Shown here: piece after piece, positions 12,201-28,600 of the stretch
How positions within the stretch are numbered: position 1 is the first letter of the stretch
Layout: each line of letters starts with the position of its first letter
Assembly: GCA_008636045.1 (NCBI GenBank)
Contig: SNRW01000058.1
Span: 1-33,529, forward strand
DNA from: Streblomastix strix
Taxonomy: Eukaryota
Length of the DNA: 33,529 bases
Direction: 5' to 3'
Made by a program: the position numbers and the translations under genes
The notes under the pieces: model-generated
Seen by the model: only the letters and a program-made list of their open reading frames with translations
What the model was told of the DNA's origin: nothing
Databases searched by the model: none

Positions 12201-15200
12201 TAATGATGATGGTTAGTATTATAATAATACGAAGATTGGAAGAAGAGAAAGAATGTGGTTGAGAAGAGAAGTTGAAATTAATGAAGATAATAAAATAATG
12301 AAATATAAGGAAAATGATATTGAGATGCAATTGGGATATTTATAAGCTATTCCTCTTCTTCATATGTTTAGATTAAGCTATAATAATTATATTATGTTTG
12401 AAAGATTAATAATTAACTAAATTGTTTATATTATTTCTCAATATCATTCTTAATCATCATCATAATAATACTCTAATCCTCTTCCAACATCATTATTTTC
12501 ATCTTTGCATCTTTTGTATCTTCTTTGTATTGATAATAAATGCATTTATAATAATCTAAGATAATCAAAGACAAGTTCATTTAATATTAATATTAATGAT
12601 ATTATATTTGATTCACCATAATAAACTCATAATGATCCTACTCAAAATCAATATCATATAAACATAGTAGTTGCTATATTTATTTATTTAATAAGAATTG
12701 CATACAATAGAATACTATATGTACAAGAATAAGTTAGAAATAGAGAAAGAGAATATATAAACATATTAAATTAATATTTTTAAGAAAATGATGATGATAA
12801 TAGTAATGATAATGAAGAAGAAGATTATTTTGATGAAGAAATAGAAGAAAATTAGAATAAAATGATAATAGATGTTGATAATGGTGAACAAATCCATTCA
12901 TTTATATAAATAGAAAAATAATAACCTATAACATAGATTAATTATAATAATAAATAAAATGGTATTTAACATTATACACCTCTGTTGATTCAAAAGAGAT
13001 AATTCTATCCACATCCGTATCATATTAATAATGAATAATAAATTGGATAATAATTTAAATATTTTAAATTAGATAATAAATCAAATTAAGAAAAACAGAA
13101 TACAGAAACAGAATAATATAAATATTCGTAAGAAGATATTTAAGAATAAATTGAAGATTAGAGAATAATTGAAAGTGATATAATACGCCCTCTTATTTTA
13201 TATAATAATTAGAATTGTAAAATAAAAGAAGTTCAAGAGGGAAGAATATACAATAATTAAATAGAGAAAATTGAAAATAAAGAAAAATAATAATAGAAGA
13301 ATATGAACATGAATAATAAAAAGATTTTAAGAGCAAAATTAATATAATCAATTATTTAATATTAAACAGCAATTAGATAAGCAACCACAATATTATAATA
13401 AGAAACATCATTTATTTCTCCTTCTTCCTTGTTGCTTATAAATATTATTATAAAACAATATAAGACAAATAAATAATAAAAAGAAAGAAAGAATGAATAG
13501 AAATAGAAAGTTAATTAGAAAGAGAATAAATTAGAGAAAGAAGAGAAGGAAATGAATATAAAAGAAAAAAGTGAAGAATAAATCAAAAGTAAAAGTAATG
13601 AATAAAAGAAGAAGAAATAATTAAATGAATAGAAATTAGAAACAAAAGATTTATAATTAATTTTATTCAATTAAGATGCAAATATTATTGATTCAGATAA
13701 AGTATTCACTATATATACTTCGTCATCATCATCATAATCTCCTTCTCGTTCTCATTCCAATTCACATTCACATACTAATTCACACTCATAATAAACATTA
13801 TATAATATTCTAATAAATGAAATAATACAATTGTTATAAGTTATATCATACCCATCTTCTACATCTTAATAATCATAAATATCTTTATCATAATCTATTT
13901 AATAGAAATAAAATAATTTATTTGAAGGATTAAACTTGATGATGAAAATGACTCCAGCAATTAATAGATTATCTTTTTCATCATTAATACAATTGTTAGA
14001 AATATTATGTTTATACTCAAGATTTAGTCATAAACATAATGAAAAGATTAATAAGAAGAAAAATGAAGAAATATTTATAGAGCAATCTTCAAAAACAATG
14101 TAAAAAGATATTGTTATATAATAAAAACAAATATAATAAGACTAATCTTCATATTCATCAAATATATATTGTTATCAGATTATTCCTCATCTTCTTTCTC
14201 TTATTTCTTATACACCTCCTGAATGTTTACTTCCTTTAATTCATTTAATTGTTTAATCATCGTTTTCTGAATAATTCATATATAATTTAATCAAATAATA
14301 AATAATTCAAATAATAAACGAATACAAATATTGTAATACATTAACACTAAATCATTAATTTTAACATCTTCATCATCATTATTTATAAAGAAATAATGAA
14401 GAAGGAGAATAGCCGTAAAATAACTAAGAAAGATAATGCATTTATGATTTTAGCAAGTTGTAGGATATGAAGAAGGCATTAAATGAAAATAATAATAAGT
14501 TTATGTAATATTAAACATCCATTTAATCATCTTCATCATCATCAGAACTATAGTCGTAATTACCTTCTTCTTCTTCTTCTTATTTATCTCCATATGCTCC
14601 TTCTTCTGTAATATTACAACCTTGGAACTACCATTAATAATATTGCAGATAAAGATTAATATAGTAAGGAATAAGTATTAGATAATTAATTAATTAGATT
14701 TCACCATCATTATTGTATTATAATGATATTATTATAAAGATCATTATTGAAGTATTTGATATATATGATATTGGAAAAGAGAGAATAAAGATTGAAAATG
14801 AATAAATAGAGAAAGAAATGAGAAATATAATATAGGAAATTAATAGTGAAAGAGAAAAGAAGGAAAAAGTAAAAGAAAAAGAAAAATAAGATAAATAGAA
14901 ATAGAATGAAAATGAAAAGAAAGTGAAATAAATGGAGAAAGATTAAGATTAGGGAAAAGATACAAATATTGAAAAAGAGAAAGAAAAAGGAACAGAAAAA
15001 GAATAAGATGATATAATGAACAAAGATTGGAATGTGGTATAATCAATATATAATAAAATTAAAGATAAAAACAATAATTAAATTAAACAAGAAATAAATT
15101 AATATAATAAACATATTGAAGATGATAGATTTGATTAATACAACAATCCTTAGTTTTAAACAGAAGAATAAGTCTCATATAGAATAATGAGAGGTGAATA

Positions 15201-18200
15201 AATAAGAGTCGTTTTAAAATAACAATATTATTAAAATGAATAAATGTAAGAATAAGGGATCAAATATGAAAAATAAGATGTTGATGTTAATGTTGGTGTT
15301 AATAAAGAATATTTCTTTAATAAGAGGGGGAAAATAGGAATATATTTAATATTACATTCTATATTTAATATAATTATTAATTCATTCATAGTTAATTTGT
15401 ATGAATACAAAAGTGAATAAGAATAATAAGTCGAAGAATATTAAAGAAATGCGAATAATGAAGATTGGTTGGATGAATACGAGTTGAAGCAGGAGAAAAT
15501 TAAATAATCAATCAATAATATTTACAATAATAGCAATAATGATGCTAGTTATAGTGAAGAAGATTACGAATAGAATATTAATAATATGAATGATATTATC
15601 AATTAAATATGCTAATTTGGTCAGTAATATATATAATAATCATAATCATCTATATATTCGCATACTCCTTCTTCATTTCCTTCATCTTCTTAATATTCAT
15701 TCTCCAGTTATTCACTTTATTCAAATATTCTTTTACTTTAATCACTCATTCATTCATTCTAGTCTCATTCATATATAATTCTAACTCTTTTATCAACTTC
15801 AGATCATTAGTAATAATTTGATATGATTCATCTTCTTCTTAATCTTCTTTATATTCTTCCTTCTCTTTCACCTTCTTCTTCATCTCCTTCTTCATCTTTA
15901 TCAGATTTGATCCACTATTTATGTTTGCATAAGTAAGGAATTATAAGAAGAAGAATATTATTTAATATTATTTAAATGATTAAAGATGAAATTAATGAAA
16001 TTATTAATGAGGATAAAGTAGTTAATAATTATTAAGTAGAAAAATAAGAGGAGATAGATTTATAAATAATATAATTAGAATAAAAGATATAAATATCAAA
16101 TCATAGAATATAATTAACACAATTATTACTTCTTCTTCGTCGAATATTATGTGAATAAATAGAATAAAATAAATAAGTGAACGAATATAGATTATTGTCT
16201 TCTCCTTCTTCTCTTTCAACTCCTCTTCCTGTAATTTCAATAGAAATGATTTGCGAATTATATTCATCTGTTCCATAATTCATTTAAATTTTAGAATAAT
16301 GTTCAATATTGATAAATGATTTAAATAGCTAATAAGATAAAGATGAGCTAAGTAATGATACTGAATAAGATAATAATAAAAGAATTTATGGCAATGAAGG
16401 AATATAGTTATCTTTCATTTCAATAATAAGTGCTGTTAGAAATGAAGAAGTTAGAAAATGGATTAGAATAGAGGATGCAGATGATGATGAAGAAGAAGAA
16501 GATAAAGTAGTTGATGAAAATTCAAATAATACTCAAATAAAATAATTAATAAAAAAAGATTAATAAGGAAAATATAAAATAATATAATAATCTGGTAGCT
16601 ATATTTCATTAATAGGTTATTAAAGCAAATTATAAATGATAATAAAAGATAAGGAGAAAGATGAAGAGGTAAAGAAGGAAGTTGGAAATAATTGTGTTTA
16701 ATAATAAGATGAATAACTTTAAATTAATGATTAAGAGAAATAGTTGACTAATGAGTAATTAATATAATTGTAATTAAATGCTGCTTCAACTTTTGAAAGT
16801 TCACCAGTCAAAGTAACATTTACATAATAATCTCATATATAACAATCTTAATATTAAACATAATAATAAAATATAGATTAGGATAATTACTAATATTAAA
16901 ATGAACAATTATATTATCAAGAGTAAATATAATTATCTGGAAGACATTCATTTTCACTCCTTTCTCCTTTTATTCCATCTTGTCCAATAATCATAAAAAG
17001 AAGATAGAGAAAGAATAAAAACAATAAATAGACATTTAATTAACATTAAGATGAATATGAATATGAAGTTATAGTTGATAACATTTATAACATCAATACT
17101 TAAATTAAATAGAGAAGAAAAATACCTGAGAATTAAGAATCAGAAATATAAGAAAAAAATTAAGAGATTTCAAATAATCCTATATAGTAATATTATTATG
17201 ATTAAATGTCTTGTAAACCATAACTAAATATAAACGGAAATATTATATCGTAATATGATATAAATATAAACCATGAATTAAATGACAATGAATAATAAAA
17301 AATAATACAATAATAATAAGATTAAGAACAAAAAGTTTATTTTAGACACATTTTCCATTCTTTCCTTTAGCCAACATTTTCGTCTTTAAATAATATCAAA
17401 TATTAAATATTGCAAACATTGCCTTCTTCTTCATTTGCTTATTAAATATAATTATAAAATGAATAAATGATTAAATTAATCAAAGTTCCTACATTTACTT
17501 TATAACCATCTTAATATATTAGTATAGGAAATAATAATGAATAATTGAATGATTAAGATGATTATATTGGTAAAGAGTTTAACGAAGATGATAATGATAT
17601 AAAAGAATAAGAATATGAAAAGTAGATAAAACATGATTTATTTAGTCCTGTGAATTTCTATTTCAATGTATTTTTATATCTCCATTAGCCAATTATAAGT
17701 CCCCATTCGTTCTTATTAAATATCAATTAAAAGAAAAAAGAAAAGAAATAAATGAAGAAGGATGCAGAAACTGATAATTAAGTGGAAACCAAAGGAAATA
17801 AAATGGTTATTGATAAAGATGAATTAAAAGATACCAATTCACATATTTAAAATTAATCAATATCATAATCATTAACTTAATAATCTCAATAATTAATAAC
17901 AGTTGCAGAATTAACAGCAACTTTAGAAATAAGAAATGAATGTGAAAGAGAAATAGAACAAAATGATGAAAAAGAGAATAATTTGGAAAAGGATGACGAA
18001 GAATTAAAAGTAATTATTTTATAGTAGAATAAGTAAACGTAAAAATAATAATAGAAATAATAATAAAAACAATAGAATAATGAAAATATATATGTTGGTT
18101 AGAATGATTCTATTAATATATAGTTATGGATAAAAGATATTGTTTAGCCCCTTCTTCAACCTGTTTCATATCCAATTCCTTATTATTTGTCTTCTTTATC

Positions 18201-19651
18201 ATCACATTTAACACTCCCCCAACCTTATTCGAATATAAATTATATTGATAACAATTAGTTAAATAATAATTTAAATAATAAACCTTTAATTTGCATTAAA
18301 ACACAATGTGAATAATCATTTAATGTAGTTTCAGGCAAATTTATGAATAAAATTGGATAACATTCATTACTGAAAGGAGGAGGAAATGGAATATTAATTA
18401 TTAACAAAAACAAATAAAACAATCTGAAGAATAAATTAAAGAAAAGAATGAATTAAATATTATATAAATAATATTAATAAAAATAAGGAAAGGGAAATTT
18501 AGTTGGACTTGAGGAGGATATAATATGGAAAGATAGAAATATTAAATTACTATCTTCAATAATTCATAATATTAAATCTTATCCTTTATAATATAATAGT
18601 AATTTGTACCAAGAAAGTGATTAATTTAACAAAACAAGTAATAAAGAATATGAAAATTATTAATAGCAGTAAATAGAATTATTTAACTTATTGATGCAAG
18701 ACATTAAAATGCTAACAAGAAAAAGATTCGTTTATTCATCTTCTCCTTCTTCATAATAGCATTCACCATTACTACCTTCTCTTATATAAACAATTCCAAA
18801 TCATTTTATAGATAATTCATTTATCAACATTGAAAGTTCATCTTTATTATACGACTAAAAATATCCATCAATATATTCATCATTAATATCTCCATTAATA
18901 TATTCAATAGAAATACCTCCTTATTCATCATTATCTCAATCTTAAGAATCTTCATTATTATAATATTCATCATACTCATTCCATTCATTCTTAAATGTGT
19001 TGTATGTTTAACTTAGTAAATATAGATCTATTTATTATGAATAATTGAATTAGTATTTACCTTCATCGTCATCATCTTCTAATTCATCTGCAATTCACAT
19101 GTTAAGAATGTTTGAATAGAAAGGCGAATATGCAAATTAAGTTATTAATGAATAATGTGAATAAGAAGATAAAGATATAAATAAGAAAACAAATGAATAA
19201 TAAGTAAGTGAAATTGGGATAGGAAGTGAAATAAATAAAAAAATGAGAGAGAAGAATATTTTGGATATTACTAGAATGAAGTCATATATTCATTCATTCA
19301 AATAAATTAATGATTAATATCTTATCAATAACAATTAAAATGAAGAAATTAACAGTAATTAGTCATTATTATTGTCAGGAATAAAATATATAGATAGACA
19401 ATTAAATAATAATTCATTAAATATATTATTATCAGACAATTAATAATCAATATTTATTCCATCATTATATCATGAATAATAATTAAATCTGAAATATGAT
19501 ATGAAAAGAAGATAATAAAATGAATTTAATGAAAAGATAAAAGATGGATATAGAATGAAAAGAAGAAGATAAAGATATGCTTGTGAATAAATGGGTTTGA
19601 TTATTAATGAACAAATATTCGATGATATAAATATTGAAGAAAGTGGCAAAT

Positions 19652-19688
<37 letters not shown>

Positions 19689-22600
19689 CAACGATGATTA
19701 AAGAAAATAACATTAATAAAAGGTGCAATAACTTTATAATAACAAAGATGATATACATTAAAGATTATTATAACAAAGAAAGAATGAAAGAAATATTAGA
19801 ATAATTAATTATATATTTCCAACTTCTTCAAATTCATTTTGCATATCTAGTGAGGAACAAAAATTATAAAAACAATTTAATGAATAAAATAATTAAATAT
19901 CATAATATTCATACTCATTGACATCATAACAATAATAGTAATAATAAATAAATTAATAAAATGAAGATGTAGATGAGGAAGATTATTATTTATAAACTTG
20001 CTTATTTAATAGAAGAGCATTTTATTCATTTATTCCAAGTTCATTATCTTAATTATAACAATAATCATTGTATTAATAATAGTAAATGAGAAACAGTATT
20101 TAAATAATAAGAGGTGGAAATTGTTTGAATAAAGTATTTCCATAATAATATTTATAAAGAAGAATAAGTTCATCTGTTTTATTTTAATCAATGAACTAAT
20201 AATATCAAAATAAATAATCTTATTTCTGGATATTGATGAATGAATAGTGCGATTAATAATATTAAGGATGGTGGAGAATGAAATAATACGAAGAAGAAGA
20301 AATAATGAATGATAAAAGAATATAAATAATTAATTATAGCAAAAGAGTTAAAGATAATAAGAAACAGAAAATAAAAGAAACGATGATGGATAAAGATATT
20401 TAATTGGAAGAAGAATAGGAAAAGAATAAATAAGTGCAAAGACAATAAGAAAATGATAATAGCTTTAATTATAATAAACCTCAATTCCTATATAGATTGT
20501 CAGAAATAATTAATTTATAAGAACATTTATAATTTGCTTAATATTTATATTAATTAATTCCATAATAATTTAAAAATAAGTAAATTCTTCCTCTATTATT
20601 GTAATTGGATGAAGAACAAGAATTAAATGTTTAACAAGAAAAAAATAAATTGAAAGAAAAGAATATAAAAAAATTGAAAACAAAAAAGAATATAAGAATA
20701 AATGTAAACCCATAAACTTTATCATCTTAAATACAAAAAGATATTATCACATCGTAACCTTCATCTTCTTAATCATCATCATCATCTTCTTCTTCTTCAT
20801 AATAATAATATCCTTACTTTCTCAAATATAATAAAAATAAAAATATTAAATACTTACCCCGAGCTTTATAGATATCATATTAAGAATTATAATAACAATA
20901 TCAATCAAATTAATTACAAAGAAAATTACCAATAATTACATATTACGACCCATAAGCACTAATCAATCCATATTCCATTTCTTAGTCAAGTTCATTGTAG
21001 ACATTATAATTAAATAAATATAATATTATTGATTAACATTTTTATAAACCATAAATATAATAGCAATACATGAATCATTATAAAATAAGAGAAAGTGATG
21101 ACCTATTATTATTATGGCCATATTTGAATGAATTATCCTCTTTTGATTATAATTCATAAATATAACAATAAATATTAAATAAATACTAATAATATAATTG
21201 TATTGCTGATGAAACTGCATCTTAATCACTATCTATTCCATTTTAATATATTTTAAGTAATTCAATATAAATTACACCTTCATTTATTCTTCCTTTATGT
21301 TTAAATAGGTATTAACTATTATAATTGAAAAGTAGAGCTTATAAAGCAAACAATGTGAATGTTAATTTAAATGAATAAGAATAAAATGAATATGAATAGG
21401 ATGATGTAAATTATAAAAAAGAGATGGAAAAAGATGTTGTAAAAATAAAAAAGAAGAATAAAAGTCATATCAAACAACAAACTAATAAAGAAAAGAAATT
21501 ATATATTGAATTAGGAATAAGAATATATCAAGTATTAGAATAAATAATAATGAGAAGAAGATAAGAAGAATAAAAGAAGAAAGAAGAAATATAAATAGTT
21601 ATTTGGCTATAAATGTAAGAAGAATATAAATAAATGATTGAATAAAAAGAAAGAGAGAGAATTGAATAAGAAAGAATAGAGAATGAAAAGAGATAAAAAG
21701 AAAAAGAAGATAAAGAAAGAATAGAAAAAGATAAATAAGACAAACTTGCATCTCAATAATCAGGAAATGAATAATAATAATTAACTGAATTGGAAGATGA
21801 TGAAGAAGAAAGATTGTCTCCAACAGTATTGGCTGAACTTCCAGAAGAAATAAGAGAAGAAATATTAGCTAATTAATTGAGAGAAAGAGCTGAAAGAAGG
21901 AGAAGAAGAGAATAAGGACAGAATCAAGCGTAGAATGAATAATAATTAATACAGCAACAAAATGATCAATATGATTAGGAATTAGTACTTATGATAAATA
22001 TGATGGGAAATGAAGAAAGAAATGAAGTGTATCTGTAATTGGGATAATAACAACTAGAAAGGCTCCCAGTTGGTCTCAGAGAAGAAGCAGACAGAATCAG
22101 ACAGTCAGTCAACAACAGGCACCAAAGATAAGGGTAGTAATAATAAAGATTTGGTTAATAAGATGCGGAAGATGGTGATGAAGAGGAAGTGAACATTGGC
22201 TAATAAATAATGCAGATGGATGGAATGTTTGGTAGAATGGGGAGGTAGCAGTAATAAGATCAAATCATTTAATAATAATAAATTTATCAGTAAATAAAAT
22301 TATAATAATAATAATTAAATAATAGGAAAGATAATAATGGTGTAGATATACTAAATGGTGCTTTAATTGGGAGAAATAATACAATGCAAAGAAGATATGG
22401 GATGTTGTATATACTTGTAAATGAATAAGATACAAATAGTAGAAGGTTGGGATTAAGATAAGGAAAAAGATACCAATAAGGACAATAGGCGATATATGAA
22501 AATATTAATGGTTTAATATAAGATAATTAAAATTTAAATGAATAATAAGTTTAAGCAGGAAGATTGAGAGATGGAGAATAAAGAAGAGTAAGAATTAGAA

Positions 22601-25600
22601 GAAGATAAACACCTGCATTAGTAATGGAAGATGACAATTAAACATAACCATAATAGCTGTTATCATAATCATTATTATAAGTATTATAACAAAGAAGACA
22701 ATAATTGGAAAGCGAAATAGAAAGTGGAAATGATAATATGGAACAGTATAATATTGGAAGTGATAGTTAAGATGAAATAGATGAAGAAGATCATGATGAA
22801 CTAATGAATATATTGTAATAAGAAGGAGATTAATAATAAATTTAAAATTAAGATGATGATAGTAGTAATGATGATAGTTAAACAAGTATTGATATTGAAG
22901 ATATAATTGATGATGAATCCGAAATTGAAATATTAATGGCTTCTGACTATTCGTCATCATAATCATAATAAGATTAAGATTCAGAGTAAAGTTCAATATA
23001 ATCTGCCCATAGTTCACATTTATAGGATAATACAAGTTAAAGAATAATAAGAGGAAATGAAAGCTTATAACTTAACAACAACAATAATAATAATAACTTC
23101 ATCTCTCCAATTCAATATATTAATTTATTTAATAATGAGAATTTATTATCCACTGATCCAAATTTCAGAAGATAGGAATAAGAGTAGAGAAGATTAATTG
23201 AATAATAAAGAAGAATAATTGAACAATAAAGAAGATAAATATAATAAAATGCATTTGGATATTAGCCAACATTAACTCGCATCTAATTTAATAATGCATA
23301 ATAATAAAGTAGTAATAATATTTAGAGAGTTGGTGATAATTTAATGGAAAGAAGAGAAATAGCATAACAGTAGTATAACAATGATGGTGCATATGAATGT
23401 ATAGATCATCAGTCATATATTAATATAATAGGTAGATAAGAAAGAGGCGTGAATTAATTTTTAGAATAAAGGAATAATATTTAAAGTAACTTAACTTAGT
23501 AAGAAAGAAGATAGTAAATGAATGGAATGAGAAACAAAAATTAAATTAAAAATTCAAATCCTTATTTGTTATTGCAGAATAATGCACCATTGAGATTGGA
23601 TGATGTACTTAGAAATGACCTAAAAGAAGGAAGAATTAAAAAGAAAATATAATAATAAGGTTAATAAATATAATACACATCTCCTTCAACATAAGATGAA
23701 AAAAGAGTGTTATAACATGCAAACCAGATTGAATAGCATAGAAGGAGATATGAATATTATGCTTAGTCATTATCTCACACATTTATACACTCTTCATAAT
23801 AAGTCCAATAACAATAATATAAATATTACTTATAAAATAATATAAGTGAAATTAGATAAAATCAATTAACTAAGATATTAACAGTTTTATCTCCATAAGA
23901 ATCTTCATAATTATCAAATTAACATTAATTATTATTTTGCTTATAATATGATCCGTTTTCTTAATAATCTTTCTCTCATTCATAAATTCCATTATAAATA
24001 TAATCTCGTTCATAAAAAAAGTAGACTTCTTATACACCTCCAATTCAATCATCACATTCTAATTCATAATATATTGTTTTACTATCAAATATTCTTCTTA
24101 GCATTCAATAATCTAACATATTTGTCAAATAAGAATAATTAATAAATAAAATATGCAGAAATATTTAAATAGTTAAACAATTAAAAGATAAAAATAAAGA
24201 TTTAAATAATGAAATAGAAAAAGATGTAAAGAAAATTAATGATGAATTAATTAAGAAAATATAAAATAAAATAAAGAATATGACAATATAATATTTTAAT
24301 ATATAGCAGTTGCAAAATAGTAATATTTATTATATATATAAAGAGATTTACAATTCTATATATAATCTGATCTAAATTGATTCATCTTCAATATATTCTC
24401 TTTCTACTTTCTTAATTAATAATACTATTGGAATGTATTTAAGAATGAAAGAAGTAATTGTTAAAGAAAAAGAAAAAGAATTAATTTAGTCTTCATCTTC
24501 TTCTTCTTCATCATATGCTATAATATAACAATAATTTAGAAATCCATTATTATATATGAATGTATAGTAAACTTTATACTATATTAGATCTTTAAAATTA
24601 TTAATATAATTATGTTAATCAAATTTATTATTCGCTAGTATTGTTGCATTATAATTGGGAATAATAAGATAAGAAGAAGAATAAGGATAAATGAATGAGA
24701 ATGATGAATAGTAATAAATTTTGATTTAGAGTGTGAAAATTGATAAAGATGAAGTTATTGAATGTTCAGATGAAGAAATTGCTGACAAATACAATTCTCG
24801 ATTTTATGATGTTGTTTAAATGGTGAATGAATTGAAAGATAAAAATATTATAGAGAAATAATCATTATAATTATTGATTTAACTATTATTGGAATTATTC
24901 TTTACTTCATCAGTAATTCCTTTTAATTGTATACTTCCATCTGAATATTAATACTAAGATAATAAAGACATATAAATTAGAATGTTTAGATCGTACTTGC
25001 CATTTGCAAATACGCCTTTATTAGTTTATGCTACCAAAATACAATAGAATAGTAAAAATTAGGAATAGAAAGATTAAATTGTACTGAAGAATAAATAATA
25101 ACAATATTCAGTTCTTGATCATTTATAACGATAACTTCTTTCTCCTTCATTGTCATCACAATCATTATAATTCTTCTTCCCAACTTTATCTTAATCATAA
25201 TAAATAACATCTCCTTATCTCCTTATATAAATTAGATAAACTATTATTTCTATTATATCTTTAATACTACCCAAAAGTTTTAAATTTGAATTTAATATCA
25301 ATTAACAAGGAGATATAAATATACTATTATCAAGTTAATAAGAATAAATATAAAATCATGAACATATAATAAATACTAATCCTTTAACATTATTAAATAA
25401 CAAAAGTTAATCATTAAAAGCTTAAATATTAAGTTCTATTATTAATAACAAATATTTATTATTTGAATGTATTAAACTATTTATAGCAATCGTATAATAA
25501 TTATCAAAATAATGCATTTAATAATCAAAATAATTATAGCTACATTTCAAATGGGCTCCTGTAGTTCTTTCTGCCTATATATGTGGATAAAGAAAATAAT

Positions 25601-28600
25601 AGAATCCAAATTTCATTCTTCCGAATATATTTTAAAACAAATAAAAAAGTGAAGATCACAAAACAGATTAAAATTAAGAGAAATTAATTGAAAAAGAGTT
25701 GAAAAAGGAAGAGACAAATATTGAATAATCAAAATAAGAAGAAAATTAAAATTTAATTTTGCCTTCTTCTTCTTCTTCTACTTCTACTACATCTCCTTTC
25801 TTATTATAACAATAATAATTATTTATATAATAATTATCATAGTGGATATAAGCATATAAAAGAAGATAAGATTCACTAAAGCAATAATAATTAGTAAATA
25901 AACCATTACCCTTTTCAATGCTTCCATTCCCACTTCTATCGCCATCAACACCCATACAATAAAAGTTAGTATAGTAATATCAGGTGTCTATATAACATGG
26001 AAGATTAAATGAATCATAAACAGAATAATAAAGAATTTAAAGAGATTAATATTATATAACAAATGAAGAAATGTAAGCATAAAGAAAAGTAGATAAAGAT
26101 TAATTTGGACCGTTATTTATTCCTAATTATTTAATAAATAACATAAAAGAAAGCATATAAAATGATAATAAGCGTAATTTAAATAGTACTCATAGTGATA
26201 TAAATAAGTAATAGACAAGTAAATAACAATAAAAAGAAAAAGAACAGAAAACAAAATAAATATAAATATTGTAATAAAATATGCCATATGTAACACCAAT
26301 ATAATATATTCTATCATCTCCCTTTGTATAATAAATAAAAGAATAAAAGAAAATATGGAAACAAATATACAAAGAAGAAAGAATTAGATTGAATGAGAAA
26401 GAAAAGAGAAGAATGAATAGAAATAAATAAAATAAGAAAGTGAAAGAGAAAGAGAAAGATGTTGAAACAGAAGATTCATTAAATGTGTTTAAACACCCAA
26501 AAGCGATCAGAAGATAAAGAGAGAAATAAAAATAAAAAGAAGATGATGAATTAGAAGAATAATTTGACATTAGTTCAGATACTTCTGAATCAATGAATGA
26601 ATAAATAGATGGTGATATTGAAAGATAAGAAAATGACGATGAATCAGAAGATGAATATAGTGAATCTACTTTATAATTTTCAAGTTCAAGTGATGATGAT
26701 GATGATGATAACAATGATGATGAATTTGATTATAATACTGAACCCATAAATACATTTGAAAACAATAAAATAAAAAAATTAGAAATAGAAAAAGGGATAA
26801 ATAATTAATCTGATGAATTTTAAGCTTTTACGTCTTTCATGCACCTTATATAATAATAACATTCTACTTCGCAATAATAATAATAATAATAAGGACAACA
26901 ATAATAAGATGATAATCTCCTTCATCCTCCCACTTCATCATTGTAATAATAAATATAATAAAATGACTCATTATTAAATAATACATAGAGAGTTTAATAA
27001 ATTTAAAGATAAATAAGAATAGCAAATGAAAGAATAAATGATTTATAAATATAACAATAACTTTAACTCAATAATTACATATCATAAGATTAATAAGAAA
27101 ATGAATATTAGAGAATGTAATTAATATAATAATAAATAATTGATGAATAAAACAATTTAAGAATATTAATGGAAGAACAAAGATTGATTACAAACAGAAT
27201 AATTTAATAATAAAGAGCAACTTTAAATATATCAAATATTATAAGAGAAGAAAGATAAGATTAGAAAATGAAATTGAAAGATGGAATTAAATAATAAATA
27301 AATGTTAGATCATAATAAAAACAGAAATTACAAATTAACAGATAAATATTACCAAAAAAAATTAAATATATATTCCCATGGATAAATAAATATTAAGATG
27401 ATAGTTCATTTATTAATTAAGATAATGATTTGTTTGTTAATTCATTACCATAATAATAATAATCCAATAGTTCTACATCGCTCCATTCGCTCACTCATTC
27501 ATTTGTTTCATCTTCAAAGTCATATACATAATCAATTAATCAATCTTCTTCAATTCCTTCTATTCTTCCATCTGACATTCATTAAAAGTTATAAAATTAA
27601 TAAATAAACTCAAAATAATATGTCATATCATAATTAATATAAGATTAACCTCTCTCATATCTGCAATTAGATATTAATGAAATATATTGGAGCTAAATTT
27701 CATATTAATAAGATTAAAATTATGAAGTATAAGGAAGTATTATTATTGATGAATAAATTAATAATATTCAAGAATAATAGGAATAATAAATATAGTAAGA
27801 AAATATATTAAATGAACAAAAATAAGAAATTTAAATTAAAGAAAGAGTGAAAGAAAAAGAAAATAACTAAAAAGAACTTGAAAAAGAAAATAAAATAAGA
27901 AATACTTAATCTCCTTCATCATCAGCATCTCCATCATCCTCCCATTCACCTTCACAAATGCAGCATTAATAATAATAGAATAAGAATAAGAATGAAAAAG
28001 CACTATTACATTATATCGCTCGTACTCCTGCATTCAGACCAATATAGACAGACCTAGAAAGAGATTAGTATTCTTCTATTCAATCTTCTATATACTCAAT
28101 TGATAACATAAATTCTAAATTACTGTTGTTACAATAATTCAATATGATATAAAATATTAACAATATATATGAATCATAATAAGATAAAGATAATCTAATC
28201 AATTTTAACATTCTTAATTATTTATATGGAACAAATATTGGATAATTTAAAGAATTAGAAGATTTACTATTTATTAATGATAGTAATAGAAATAACAAAA
28301 TGAATAATTAAACTAAACAATTGAGAAATAAATTTTCAACGTAATAAAGTAGAGAATAATTGTTTAATTAATTATTATCATAAAGAAATAATAATATAAA
28401 AGAAATATTGAATCCAAGTTCAAATCACTTATAATTATTCAGAGGAACAGGATATGGAGAAATATAAAACTGGATAAATATTGGAGGAATGAACATAGGG
28501 TTGTATACAAAGTAATTCTTTTCTTCATCTCCATCTTCTTAATATTCATCTGATCATATTAAACATGTCCATTAGCATACATCATAACAACATAAACAAC

